Assembly (NCBI GenBank): GCA_001643675.2
Contig: LSRY02000033.1
Coordinates: forward strand, 682,001 to 746,000
DNA from: Monocercomonoides exilis PA203
Taxonomy: Eukaryota > Protista > Preaxostyla
Reading direction: 5' to 3'
Length of the DNA stretch: 64,000 nt
Below are positions 1-13,842 of this stretch, piece by piece; within the stretch, counting starts at the first letter, position 1; each line of letters begins with the position of its first letter. The notes beneath the pieces were generated by a model, which was not told the origin of the DNA, made no database searches, and worked only from the letters and a program-made list of their open reading frames with translations. Position numbers and translations under genes: made by a program.

Positions 1-3000
1 AAACAATAATCCAAATTGCAGAATTTCTGGTTGACGTTCTATTATCAATAAATGAAGTGGAAATCTCGATATCAATTCACTATCTTTCTGTGACTTCCCA
101 GTCTTTTCTTTCAGAAATTGAAAATGAAAATATTTTTCAATTTCATTTATTTTCGATTTCCCTCTTCCATTCAGCTCACAAAATCATCAGAAAATATCAA
201 TCCCCTCCTTTTCTTCATCTTTCCCTGTCTCTTCCAAAATATCTTCTCCTCTCATAAAAGATACCCCTCTTCTGATATAACATTTCACAATTTCCCTCTT
301 CTGTCCCGCTTTTGCCCTCTTTTCCTTTTTTTCAAATTCCATATCTCCAATCAACAATAATCACATTCTTCATCATCTCCAACCACTTCTCTACATATTT
401 ACTGTATTATCTTCTCCAAATCTCCACTTGCTCTTCCCCATTCCTCTGTCTCCATATTTCAATCAATCAAAAACCCCTCTCGAAATATTAACATTCCAAA
501 AAAACACTCAACTTTCACCCCCTGCCACAAAAAATATTCTTCCATCTCTTCTCTACCCCATATCCCTCCTGTGCCATGTGTTGATGAGATAGACATCAAA
601 CATTGCTTTGGATGGTTGAGAATATTATTAAAGGAGATGATCATGACAAAAACAGAAAAAACCCCTTTGGACATCCACCACAATGTGTACGGGCTGAGAA
701 GGCCCTCCAGTGAGATACACGATGTATTTTGTGGAGAAGGATGCAATGTTGTATCAATTATTCTGATGCTGAAATGATGAGATTGATTGATTTTTTGAAT
801 GATGATGGCTGTGGAAATGAGGCTGTTTGGCAAAAAACAGTCGAAGGGCAGTTTGGTATTATTTTATTTTTTTATATATGAATATTAACCTATTGACTGT
901 TTTTGTGTTTCTTTCAGGGCAGCAGGCACAAATTAATGAAAATGAATGAAAGCAGGATTTCTCGTTGTGCAGGATGACCATCGAGTTGGGAAAGCGAATC
1001 CATATGGAAAGTGCCCAGGATGAAGGGATTGGGAAGGAAATTGGAGATGATATTTTCTGACGAAAAACTAGCTGTTTTGTTGGATGATGAGGGTGGAATT
1101 GAATAAACATAAATTTCACATTTTTCAGAAGAGCATAAAATCGATGCATTTGATGGAGAAATGACTTCTGAAAAGGATGGTTGGGGAATTAGATGATGAA
1201 ACGCTTGAAAATGGAAGGAATAATGAATTTTTATTGGAGGGAAACAGTTGCCAATTCAATATAAAACAGAAAATTGCTTATAAAAATGTTTAGAAGGTTT
1301 GGTGTTGTTATTTTTTTGAAGTGATCATTATTTTTCATTTATACTGTTGAAAGAGCGAGGGATTAATGGCTTTGAAGAAGAAGAAGAAAAGCAGGGAATA
1401 AAAAATAAAGACAGATAGATGAAATTCAAGATATTTCGAAGAAGCCTTGCGTTGGACTTTGACAAAGAATTATTTTTGAAGAAAGAAGATTTTTTGGTAA
1501 TAAGGGAAGCGAAAAAGGAAGAGAAGGAATGAAAAAGAGAATGACGCGGGCTTTGTATTTTTTGTTGGAAAGAGAGAAAGAGATTGAGCTGAAAGTGAAA
1601 AGGATTCAAAGGTTTCTCCTCTACATAAGAAAAAGGGATAGAAGAAGAAGTTTCAATAAATTTCTCCGTTGATATTAATTGACGCTCATCTTCTCAATTT
1701 TTAACCTTCAATCATCTCATTCAATTCATTTATCATTATCATCTTCTTTCTCTTCTTCAAATATATCAACAACATTTCACGCAGCAGCTTCTTCTTCCAC
1801 TTCTTCCACATCATCTGATTGAATTGTTTTATATTCTGCATCTGTGCGAGAGAAAAAGATAGATATAATGAAGAGACGAAGAAATCGATAGCCGAAGAAA
1901 AGAAGCATATAAGTGTGAAATACAAATATTGGAAATGAAAGAATTCAAAGAAAATTTAAAAGTGAATGATGTGAAAGAGAAAGAAAATTTAAAACATGAG
2001 AACAAATGAAGAGGAAATTTAGATTGAGAGGAATGAAGGGGCTATTGACTGAAATGAAATGAATGAAAAATGAGGTGAAAATAGAAGGAAGAACATCGAA
2101 TAAATATTACTATTTTTATAATTTAATTTGGATTTGGGGGGAAAAAAGTAATAATAAAAACAATTATTCAAATAAATAATTATTGTTTCTTTTCTTTTTC
2201 TTGCTTTAATACACTTTGACAAAGTGAGATATAATAAAAAAAATGACTTTCAAAAAAGCTTCAATTAGTCGTTTACTTTCAATTTTGTAAAGTGATGAAA
2301 AAGCAGAATTGAATTTCTGGTATACGAAATATGACGTATTTTGTTACATTTTGCATATGGAAAATGATTGGTAATATTTTTTTATTACTAATGATTGAAA
2401 TCATCTGCAAAATATTTTGTTTATTTTTTTTTCAGTTTTTTCAATTCCATTGAATCTCTTTCACAAAAAGCAGCTTGTCTTCTATTTCTTTTTTTCTTCT
2501 TTCGCCTTCAAGAAACCTGTTCATCATCCATATCCGAGAAGACTGATTCCAAAGATGTGTCACGCAATAATGTGCTTTTTGATAAATGAAAAACTTCGTA
2601 ATGTCATCAAAATGAAATTTTTGATCCGTTTTCTGCTGTGGTGACGTGCAATACTGGCCTTTTTTTTGTCATTTGCTTTTCTCATTTATTTATAATACAA
2701 TTATAATCTGTTATAATCTTATTGTCATTAATCAACGTGAGTTGCAATTATATCTGCCAATTCACATTGCAGTTACAACTGGATTTAATCACATTGAATA
2801 AAATCATATTCGTTCATAGTCACATTATTCCATGCCCCGACACTTTTTGCTTGTTTTTCATTCATTTTTCATCGTATATAATCACAGTGATGAAATTTTT
2901 TATTCACATTTAATGTCATAATGTGTGATTTTTTCATTTGAAAAATCGATTTTTTAATCAAAATTTTCAATTTTCACTTTTTCAAAATTATGTTTGAAAA

Positions 3001-4585
3001 TTTCTAAATAACACAATCAAACATGAAAAATTGTTATTTTATTGAAAAAAGTGTTTTTGTGAAGAATTTTCAAAAATGGAAAAATTGACATAAAATTAAT
3101 TATTTCATATATATATTATTTTATTTTTTCTGTGTGAAGCAGCATCACATATTATCACAATCGGATATAGTCACAAAAAGTTGTGCAAAAACCGATGTGA
3201 TTATATCCGGTTTTGACTGTATCAGAATACGAAAGAGATAAATCTGGATTGGATGAAGGAATTAAACATTGAAAAGTTATGGCAGACAGATAATTTCAAA
3301 GTGCCGTTGAAGGAATAGAAGTCATTTCACAATTCAAAAATTCTGAAACGATAGAAGAAAACACATTTAATGAAAGATAAGTGAAGAAACTGATTCCTGT
3401 TGAATGGTTTTCCGGAAGAATGAAAAGGCAGTGGAAACAATGAGCAAACAGGAACAGAAACGGATAGGATGATGCAAAGCTAGATATCGAAATTGCAGTT
3501 TGGCAAACAAATTTGAATATTCAGGTGAGTGATTAATGTTATGATGATGGATTATTTGAGAAGCAAAGCATCATTTTTTATCAATTAAAGATCGAAAAGT
3601 GAGAAAAAAAAGTCAGAATTGAATGATTTTTTCAGAGAAAAAATTAAAAGAAGTCGAAGTGCCTTGCTTATTGAGAACATATTCAACGGTCATTCGAAAC
3701 AACAAAAAAATACAACAGATGATATCACTTCCAATGAAAAAAGCAATGAAGAAAACTTATTTTTCTTTCGCCATATTTGTTTTTTGTTTGCTTAAATTTT
3801 CCTGATTGTTGTTGCTTATAAAGATTTTTTTGTAGCCTGGATTTGTCTTTTATTTTTCTCCAAATTATAAATATCAATAAATAATTATAAATATCTTCCT
3901 TTTTCTAATTTCAACAACAAACGATGAAATTTTTCATAAGTTATTTTTGATTCAGAAAAATAAATTGATCCAATCGTTTTGTTTTTTGTTCCATTTACTG
4001 AGTAAAGTATTTTCATTCGTGAAAAAAAAACAGCTCCGAAATGATATTAGAATAAATCGAAAAAACTAAGTTATTACAAAAAGACAGTTTCATACCGAGA
4101 AAGGTCCTTTCATATTGATGTGCAAAAAACGATTATGATAAAGTAAAATTCATTCCCTAAATTTCATTGGCTTCTCGAAAAGTGTGCTTCTTTCCGTTAA
4201 AAGTATCATTGAAATTGTTATTAACTGAACATATAAATAAAATATATTTTTAGTCAATAGGCAATGATATTTTCGAGGAGCAAAATAATTTTTCAGATAT
4301 TTTTTTGTTTCACATGATCAAAATGACCTTCATATGATATATGGAATCACTCGATATTGGTCACATGATCATCGTTTCTTTTCTTTTCTCTTTTCACTCA
4401 TTCCCTAAGATAATATTACATTGATTCTAGGTTTGTTGTTATTATATTTATTTCTGTCATACTACTATATTATGTATATATTTAAATTTCAACTAATTTA
4501 TGAAATGACTGACTATTCTTTTTCTTATATTTGACTTATTATAACTTCACATATCTTTATATACGAATGTAATTTGATGCCCCAG

Positions 4586-7500
4586 ATGATTGATAAACAT
4601 TCAGGAAGAGAAACTGGAGCAGAAGAGCGGAATGAGTGGATTATTGCAGGCATGTATCGAATATTATCAAATCATAAAGTTGGAAGCGGTTCGTTTGGTG
4701 AGATCTACAAAGGAATAACAATCGCAACTGGAGAAGAAATTGCAGTTAAACTCGAGAAAGTAAGAACGAGACAACCTCAATTGTATTATGAAACAAGGCT
4801 ATATCGAATGCTACAAGGAGGTACAGGGATTCCAAATGTGAGATGGTTTGGAATAGAACAAGATTATAATGTTATGGTGATGGACCTGTTGGGGCCAAGT
4901 TTGGAAGAAGTTTTTACAAACTGTGGAAGGCGTTTTTCTTTGAAAACAACATGCATGCTTGCTGATCAACTCATTTCTCGAGTTGAATATATCCACTCAA
5001 AAAACTTTATCCACAGAGATATAAAGCCAGACAACTTTTTATTGGGAAGAGGAAGGCGTGAAAATACAGTTTATATGATTGATTTAGGATTAGCGAAGCG
5101 ATATCGAGATTCTAGAACTCATCAACATATTCCGTATCGAGAAACAAAAGGAATTACAGGAACCGTTCGTTATGCGAGCGTGAATACACATATTGGCATT
5201 GAACAAAGCCGTCGAGATGATCTAGAATCGCTAGCCTACATGCTAATTTATTTTGTGGCAGGTAATTTGCCTTGGCAAGGATTAAAAGCACATAGCAGGC
5301 GAACAAAATATGCGAAAATTGGAGAAATAAAAATGGGCACACCCGTTGATGTGCTTTGCAAGCATCTTCCTTCAGAATTTGGAACATTTTTAAGTTATGT
5401 GAGAGGTTTGTAATTTATTAAACACAGCCATTTAATAAACGTATAATTTTCAATTAAATATTCTTCCTGAATTTATTTTTTTCTATTAACAACATTTTCA
5501 ATGCAAAATATTTGATGAATCCCGCCTTTATGAAACATACACATACACATCCGCATCCACACAACTTGTTATTCGAAATTTTCATAATAAAAATTCCTGC
5601 ACTATCTTCGAATCGTCATTCTTTCACCAAGCGCTTCGCTTTGACGGGAAGCCAGAATACGGCTACATTCGAAAGCTGTTCCGCGACTTGCTTGCCAAAG
5701 AGGATTCTGTTTATGACAACGCCTTTGACTGGACGCTTGTTCCAGGGGGATTGCAAGGGCTGAGCGAGCGGAGAAAAAGAGAGAGAGAGAAGAGGGAGAA
5801 AGCAGAGAAGATGCGAGAGAAAGTGGAAAAGGAGCCCGACCGGATGTTGGAGGACGGACACGACTGGCACCAGGAGAAGTATGCTGAAAAGCTGACCGAA
5901 AAAGAGCGGTTAGCGCGCCTGCAGCGCAACGAGGAGATTGAGCGGGGGCTGAGAGGCGAGGGAAAGGCAGCGCTGCCAGAAGAGAGGGACACACGGCAGT
6001 ATCGCACAGACGAGCGCAAAGTGGAGACGCGCACAGGCACAGCCAGGCCGCGCCTGACGATCTCCATCAATCCACAGTCGCTAATTATTCCTGCGTTTCG
6101 CGGGGGATCCAAAGAAAACAGGGGGAAAATGGAGGAGCGGAAAGAGAAAGAAGACAAAGAGAATGGGCTGAGGGAGATGCAGGAGAAGATGCTGCCAGGG
6201 AAGGACCGGAACCGGGCGCTTATGCAGCGGCAGATGGGGTTTACGATGCAGCAGCCCAGAGGGATGGAGTATGGGAAGCAAGGGGGAGTGATCCTGCTCT
6301 CGTCAGGGCAGTCGTCGATGCAGTCTCAGGAGTCGAATTCAGAGCTGTCGTCGCAGCAGTCGCTGAAGAGGCGGATGGGAGAGGGTGTGAAGGAGAGGGA
6401 CGGAGGGAAGGAGAGATACAAAGACAGCGGCGTGCCAAATGCGACAGGGATGTCAGTTGCACCGCTCATCGCGACAGCCACAGCGACAGACGTCACGTGG
6501 GGGAAAGAGGGAAGACGCGACAATGCTACACGAGAGGACATGAAGGAGAACGAGAAGGCGTTCTATATGAACCAGTCACACAGACCGATGGGAACTGGGC
6601 AGCGGAGCTCGTTTTTGCCTTCATTTGAGAATCCATCAAGTTCAGCTTATGTCCCAACACGTGCTCCTCCGATGGCTGGCCAACAGACAACAGCTGGTGG
6701 GCAATACACAGAAAACGGGGGAATGCTTACAGCGACAGCTGGACTGCCTGGGGATGGGGCAGGAGGAATGGGAGGAATGGGAGGAGTGAGCGGAATGAGT
6801 GGAGTGAGCGGAACAGGATTCGGGAGGCATCAGCTGCCCCAGGCGCCCGGAATCACAATTGGGCAGATAGGATTCATCACTGTGGAACCTACACGCGATG
6901 CAGCATATAAGCAGAGGCCAATGCGATTTGGGGCTGGGCGCACGTCAGAGATGAATCCTCCATTGCAGAGCACACAGGCAGAGTTTGGGAAGCATCAGAA
7001 GCTGTCTCGATCGCGCTATCAGGTTGGGGATGTGCCCACGTTTGAGCAGATGAAGGCACGAAAGGAGAAGGAGAGACAGCTTCAACTGCAACAACAACAA
7101 CAACAACAACAGCAACAACAACAGCAATTGATGGCACAGAAATCAGGAAACAGAGGAAGAGATGAGGCTGGGCGTGACACAAACGAGATGTCAGATGCCA
7201 TCGCTGCCAGTGTGGGTGCAGCGATTGAGTCAGAAGTCGGACGCGATTTGAGCAGCGGCGGGTATTTCCCTATCCAAAGCAGAAGAGACAAGGACTTCTA
7301 CATCAGAGGCACCGTCCTGCAGCCGAAGGAGGACCAGAGGAACAGAGAAGAGAGGGAGAATCGCTTATACTCGGGATATCCACCGCAGGAGCTGCCTGAG
7401 CAGATCAGAATGAACTTGGGAAGAGACGCGTCAGCACACCCAGTGCATCTGCAGGCGCAGCCGAAGATTGTGGTGGATATTGGGAAGATGATCATTCCAC

Positions 7501-9261
7501 CCTTCCAAGGGAAGCGCGACAAGACGAAGGAGAACAGCGGAGCTGATGGGAAGGATGTTGCACATGCAACGGGAAGAAGTGGGATGAGATCAGCACAAAG
7601 TGGGAGTGGGTATCCAGATGCTGGGTTTGATGAGAAGGAAGGCAACAGCAGAAATCCGAGGGACATTCGCAAAGAGGAGCAAGGTGGACCGCCTGCACAA
7701 GTGGCAGCAGCAGCATCAGCTGTGATGGGGACAGGAAGAGAAGGAGGAGAAGGAGAAGGAGAAGCAGACATTCTGGTGCAGACAGAGACAGACATCGATG
7801 CAAACACCAAAAGTGGAGGAGGGCAGAAGTTTCTCGCGGGCGAAGGCAGTTCTGCATTGGGGAAGCAGCCAGGCGCATTCATTCAGACACAACAGATGGC
7901 GCCTCACCGCATTCCGCTGCAGCCCATTCCTCCATTCCAGTCATCGTATGGGATGAAGAGCCAGAACCAGATGCAAAATCAGAGTCAGAGTCAGATTCAG
8001 AGTCAGAACAAAGAAATCACACCAGCCACGTCTGTTCCGCCTGCTGCAGGGGCGTCGCTGCTGTCTCAGACACAAATAAAGACACAGCCAGCGTCTGCAC
8101 AGAAGACGTCTTTGATCACTCCATCTGCCTCGCTCAGAGTGCGCCAGCCGATCAAGTTGGAAATACCTCCATTCCAACCGAAAGGGCAGGGGCAATCACA
8201 CGCAAGCAAGAGGATGGCTAATCAGTTGAATCAACAGCAACAACAGCAACAGCAGCAGATTCGACCTCAGCCACAATCACAACAACAACAACCACAACAG
8301 GCAGTGCAGCAAGCACAAATGACACAGCCATTGCAGAATACACAGGAAAAGGACTTGACAAAAACAATGCAGAATCTTCAAATACAAACACAGACACAAT
8401 CACAATCACAGACACAGCAAGAGGCAGAGTCAGATGCATCTCGTGTGCAAAAGACAGCAGAGGAGAAAGCGAATGAAGGTGCAACTTCAACAACACAACA
8501 GACGATGAAGAACCAGCTGCCAGCATCGCAATTGCAGGCTCCTCCACAACAATCTTCTTATGCAGCAAACAGAAACAACGGAGCAGGAGAGAATTCTATT
8601 CCAACTTTGACACAGGCTGTCACTTCTTCAGCCATCAATTCTTCTTCTTCTTCTTCTTTGACATCAACATCAACGTCATCATCATCATCATCATCTTCTT
8701 CTTCATCTTCCTCATCCAATTCCACATCTCCTTCATCATCACCAGGGCAATTACAACAACAGACACAAGGAAAGAAAGCATCTCCTCATCTGACCAATCA
8801 AAAACAGGCAATTCCAAAAAATGCCTCATCATCTGCCAATTCTTCTAACACAACACAACAACAACAACAGCAACAGCAATCAACAAAGCAGAATATGAAC
8901 CAGCCTTCAAATAAACCTTCTTCATCCTCAGTGAATGTTGGTGACACTGCTGCATTGTCATTCCCACTTGCTGTATCACCTCCTCCTGAGCCAGCCAATG
9001 GAACAATAACATCTTCAACCTCTTCTTCTTCTTCTTCTTCTTCTACCTCATCATCTTCCTCTTCCTCTTCCTCTTCTCCACCTCACAATGAACAGCCCAT
9101 CTATGCCCAGTTCTCTCCCTCTGAGTCTGCTCCATTGCATTCTGCTGCAGACAACCAGCATCTTTCTTCTCATCAACAAACAGAAGGAAATACAGAACAT
9201 CCAAAAATAGCTGCACATTCATCTCAAAATGTTGCTTCTTCTTTGCCTGCATTTCCTTCTG

Positions 9262-9298
<37 letters not shown>

Positions 9299-10208
9299 TT
9301 CTTCTTCCTCTTCTTCATTGCCTTCTTCTTCCATTCCTTCCTCTTCGTCCTCTTCCTCTTCTCTTCCTCCTCCTTCTCTTCAGCCACCATCAGATATCTC
9401 TTCAAGTGCTGCTGCTCTGCCTGGCAATGCTTCAGACGAAGGAGCAGCACAACATTTCTCATCCACCCCACAATCATCTGCCTCTGCACAATTCATCACT
9501 CCTGTTGCTTCTCTTCCCTCTTCTTCTTCTTCGTCTTCGTCTTCTTCTGCTTCTGCCGTAAATGCTGGACAAATGACACACACAAGCTCCTCTTCTTTGA
9601 CTCCTTCCTCTTCGTCTTCATCGTTTTCTTCTTCTTCCTCGTCTGCTTCCACATCTTCTTCTTCTTCTTCTTCTTCTTCCTCCTCCTCCTCATCATCAGC
9701 AGTTGCATCTCCATCTCCCTTCTTCTCCCCAGCGCTGTCCACCCGCTCCTCTGTCATCACAACCAACGCCACTCTTGCTGACCCAGCGCCTTCTCCTTCA
9801 AACATTTCTCTTTCTCTCTCTTTTGCCCCTTCGCCTGCTCCTTCCCCTTCCTTCAGCCAAATCCCATTGGCTTCCACACTCACCCCGTCTCCTTCTGCTC
9901 CCCGCCTGCCATCTCACACCCCTTCTTCCTCTTCTACAGCACCTCCATCATCGTCATCGTCTTCTTCTTCTTCATCTTCTTTTTCTTCTTCATTGTCTTC
10001 TACCACTTCTTCTTCTTCTTCTTCTTCTTTTCCTTCTTCTGCTGTCTTGTCTCCCACTTCTTCTACTTCATCTGCATCCACATCGTTTCAAAACTCTTCA
10101 GCTTCCTCTGGTCATACAAACACTTTAACACAGCCGCCATTCCCAACATCTTCTTTGGTAAAATCTTCGTTTGCAGAAGAAGTTGAAAGCGAACAGCGAT
10201 TAAGCTGA
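4586..10208 (+). CDS. CK1: Casein kinase 1 (delta/epsilon-like) with a very long Gln/Ser-rich C-terminal tail; exons 4586-5405 and 5632-10208 (~1798 aa)
   Basis: CK1 motifs [60 protein letters not shown]. Intron 5406-5631 (GTTTG...AAG) joins YVR to [21 protein letters not shown]...AFDW, the CK1 C-lobe end, in frame with ORF 5688-10208. A 5'UTR intron at 4431-4585 is possible. Confidence 0.92.
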
Positions 10209-10419
10209 TGATTTGTAAAAATGAATGTTTTTTATTTAATTTTTTTTCCCCCCTTTAATGATGATTCTTTTTCACTTCAGTGTAAATCTTTGTAATTTTT
10301 GTGGTTTTAATTAATATTTTCTTTCTTTCTTTTTTTGACATTTGCCATGAAAAACAAGAGAGATTTGAAGAATTTAGAAAAAAGATCATAATTTTCCATA
10401 ATCACTATTTATTGATCAA

Positions 10420-11973
<1,554 letters not shown>

Positions 11974-12350
11974 TTATCATAATCATGTCATTAAGATCAT
12001 TTCTTGGAACATAATCAATATTTCTTTTATTCATTCGCTTTTCTATTAAAATATAGTCATCTATAAAGTACATTTTAGATTTTTCTGGATTTAAGCTTAA
12101 AAAATTTTTAAAACAAGAGTTTAGCACATACATCCTTTGCAAATTAGTTTTGGCTGAAAAATTTTTTAAAAAAATATTTAACACACACAATGAATCCAGA
12201 ACGGAACGTGTTTATAAAGAAAGCATGTCTTTGATGTCAAAATCAATATGACATGAAACAGAAGTGTTGTGAAAGTACCATTGGTAATATCAAAAAAACA
12301 ATGATAGGAAGAAAAAAAGCTACAATTAAAACGCTCCCCACTTTCCGAGC

Positions 12351-13377
12351 TTACAAAATAGCACAAACACCACCACTTGTAATCATCTTCTTGATAACCT
12401 CTTCAAATGCCTCACGAACACCAATATTCTTCATTGCGCTGCATTCCATGTATTTCACAGCTCCGATTTCTTTTGCAACACGATTGCATTCCTCAGGAGG
12501 AATGCATGTGCTTGGAGATGTTTCACGAAGATCGCATTTTGTTCCCAGCAAAACCATTGGAGCTTTAGGTCCCTTGGCTTTTAACTCAGGAACCCACTTC
12601 TTTTTAACATTTTCAAACGTATCTCTGTTATCAACTGAGAAACAGACAAGGAATATATCTGTTCCTGGATATGACATTGGCCTGATTTCATCAAAATCTT
12701 CCTGACCTGAAAAATGAAAAATAATAATATCATTATCACAATTATTCTACTAACAACTACAAACCTGCTGTATCCCACAGTGAAAGTGCTAACATTTTTT
12801 GGCCAACTGGCACTTTGCATGTATAATCATCAAACACACTAAATAACAAAAAATAATCGGTTAGAAATAACAAAATTCCATAAACATAATCGAAGCATAC
12901 GCTGCAGGTTGAATTATAAGCAAGGAAACCGATGAATTGTTTATCAAAAAATATATGAAGAAAAAAACGTGCCAAATTCCTTTTAACAAATATAAAATCA
13001 CAAACTTGGTACATAATCTATGATGAAAATTTAACGGTGGCAGCGTAAAAGTTAAAATTCAAGATCATTCAGATTAGAAAAGATTGAGCAAACCTTTTGG
13101 AAATTCACCTTTCGCATATACTAACAAAAAAATTGATAACAAAATTATGCGGAATGTACGACAAAACAGTTGCAAACCCATTAACAAGCAAGTTTTTCCA
13201 ACTGCACCATCTCCAACAATGACGAGTTTTTTCTGTTGGATCGGACGTGGCAATCAAAATGCAGATGCAACAAAATATTGCAAATAGATGAAAAAAAACA
13301 ATGCGGTTGCAAATGTTGCAAATAGATTTACAATAGAAAAGGAACTTAAACGCTAAACACACTTTGTAGTCAGACAT
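12351..13377 (-). CDS. Rho/Rac-family small GTPase (179 aa); exons 13377-13363, 13232-13178, 13120-13094, 13017-13006, 12901 (1 nt), 12838-12765, 12706-12351
   Basis: Spliced translation reads [42 protein letters not shown]...[29 protein letters not shown]...GTKCDLR...YMECSA...CAIL (CaaX box). Exon lengths sum to 540 nt only when the 1-nt exon is included. Confidence 0.93.
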
Positions 13378-13842
13378 TGAAATAAACTAGATCAGACCCT
13401 TATTTGAGAAATGCAAATTGCTTTCTTATTTTTATGAATGAATGTTTATTGTTATTTGATATACAAATATATACAATAAATTGAGCTATAATCGCTCGAA
13501 TTAAACATATTTTGATTCCTTAAAGTTTAAATTTCTTTTCATAAAATTAAGTTGAACATATTTGAAATAATCGAAATTGTCAACTTCAGTTTCCTTTGTG
13601 AAACTGAACAAAATGGACAGACATTTAAAAAAAGAAAAAAAAACCAAAAATTTGTATTCAAAATGAAATCTGTTTTTATGCTTCTCAATAAATCATCATT
13701 TTCATTTCCTCTGTAATCGATCCAAAGTGATTTGCAAAAAAATTTAACAACAAAAATACATCAATTATTGTCATTTTATGATTCACAAAACCAAATAATG
13801 AATGTTGATTGTCAGTCCCGTCTATAATTTTTAAATTGACAT

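Noticed and set aside
5688-10208. 1506-aa ORF as an independent gene
   Set aside because: It is exon 2 of CK1; the kinase C-lobe continues through a canonical intron into this frame.
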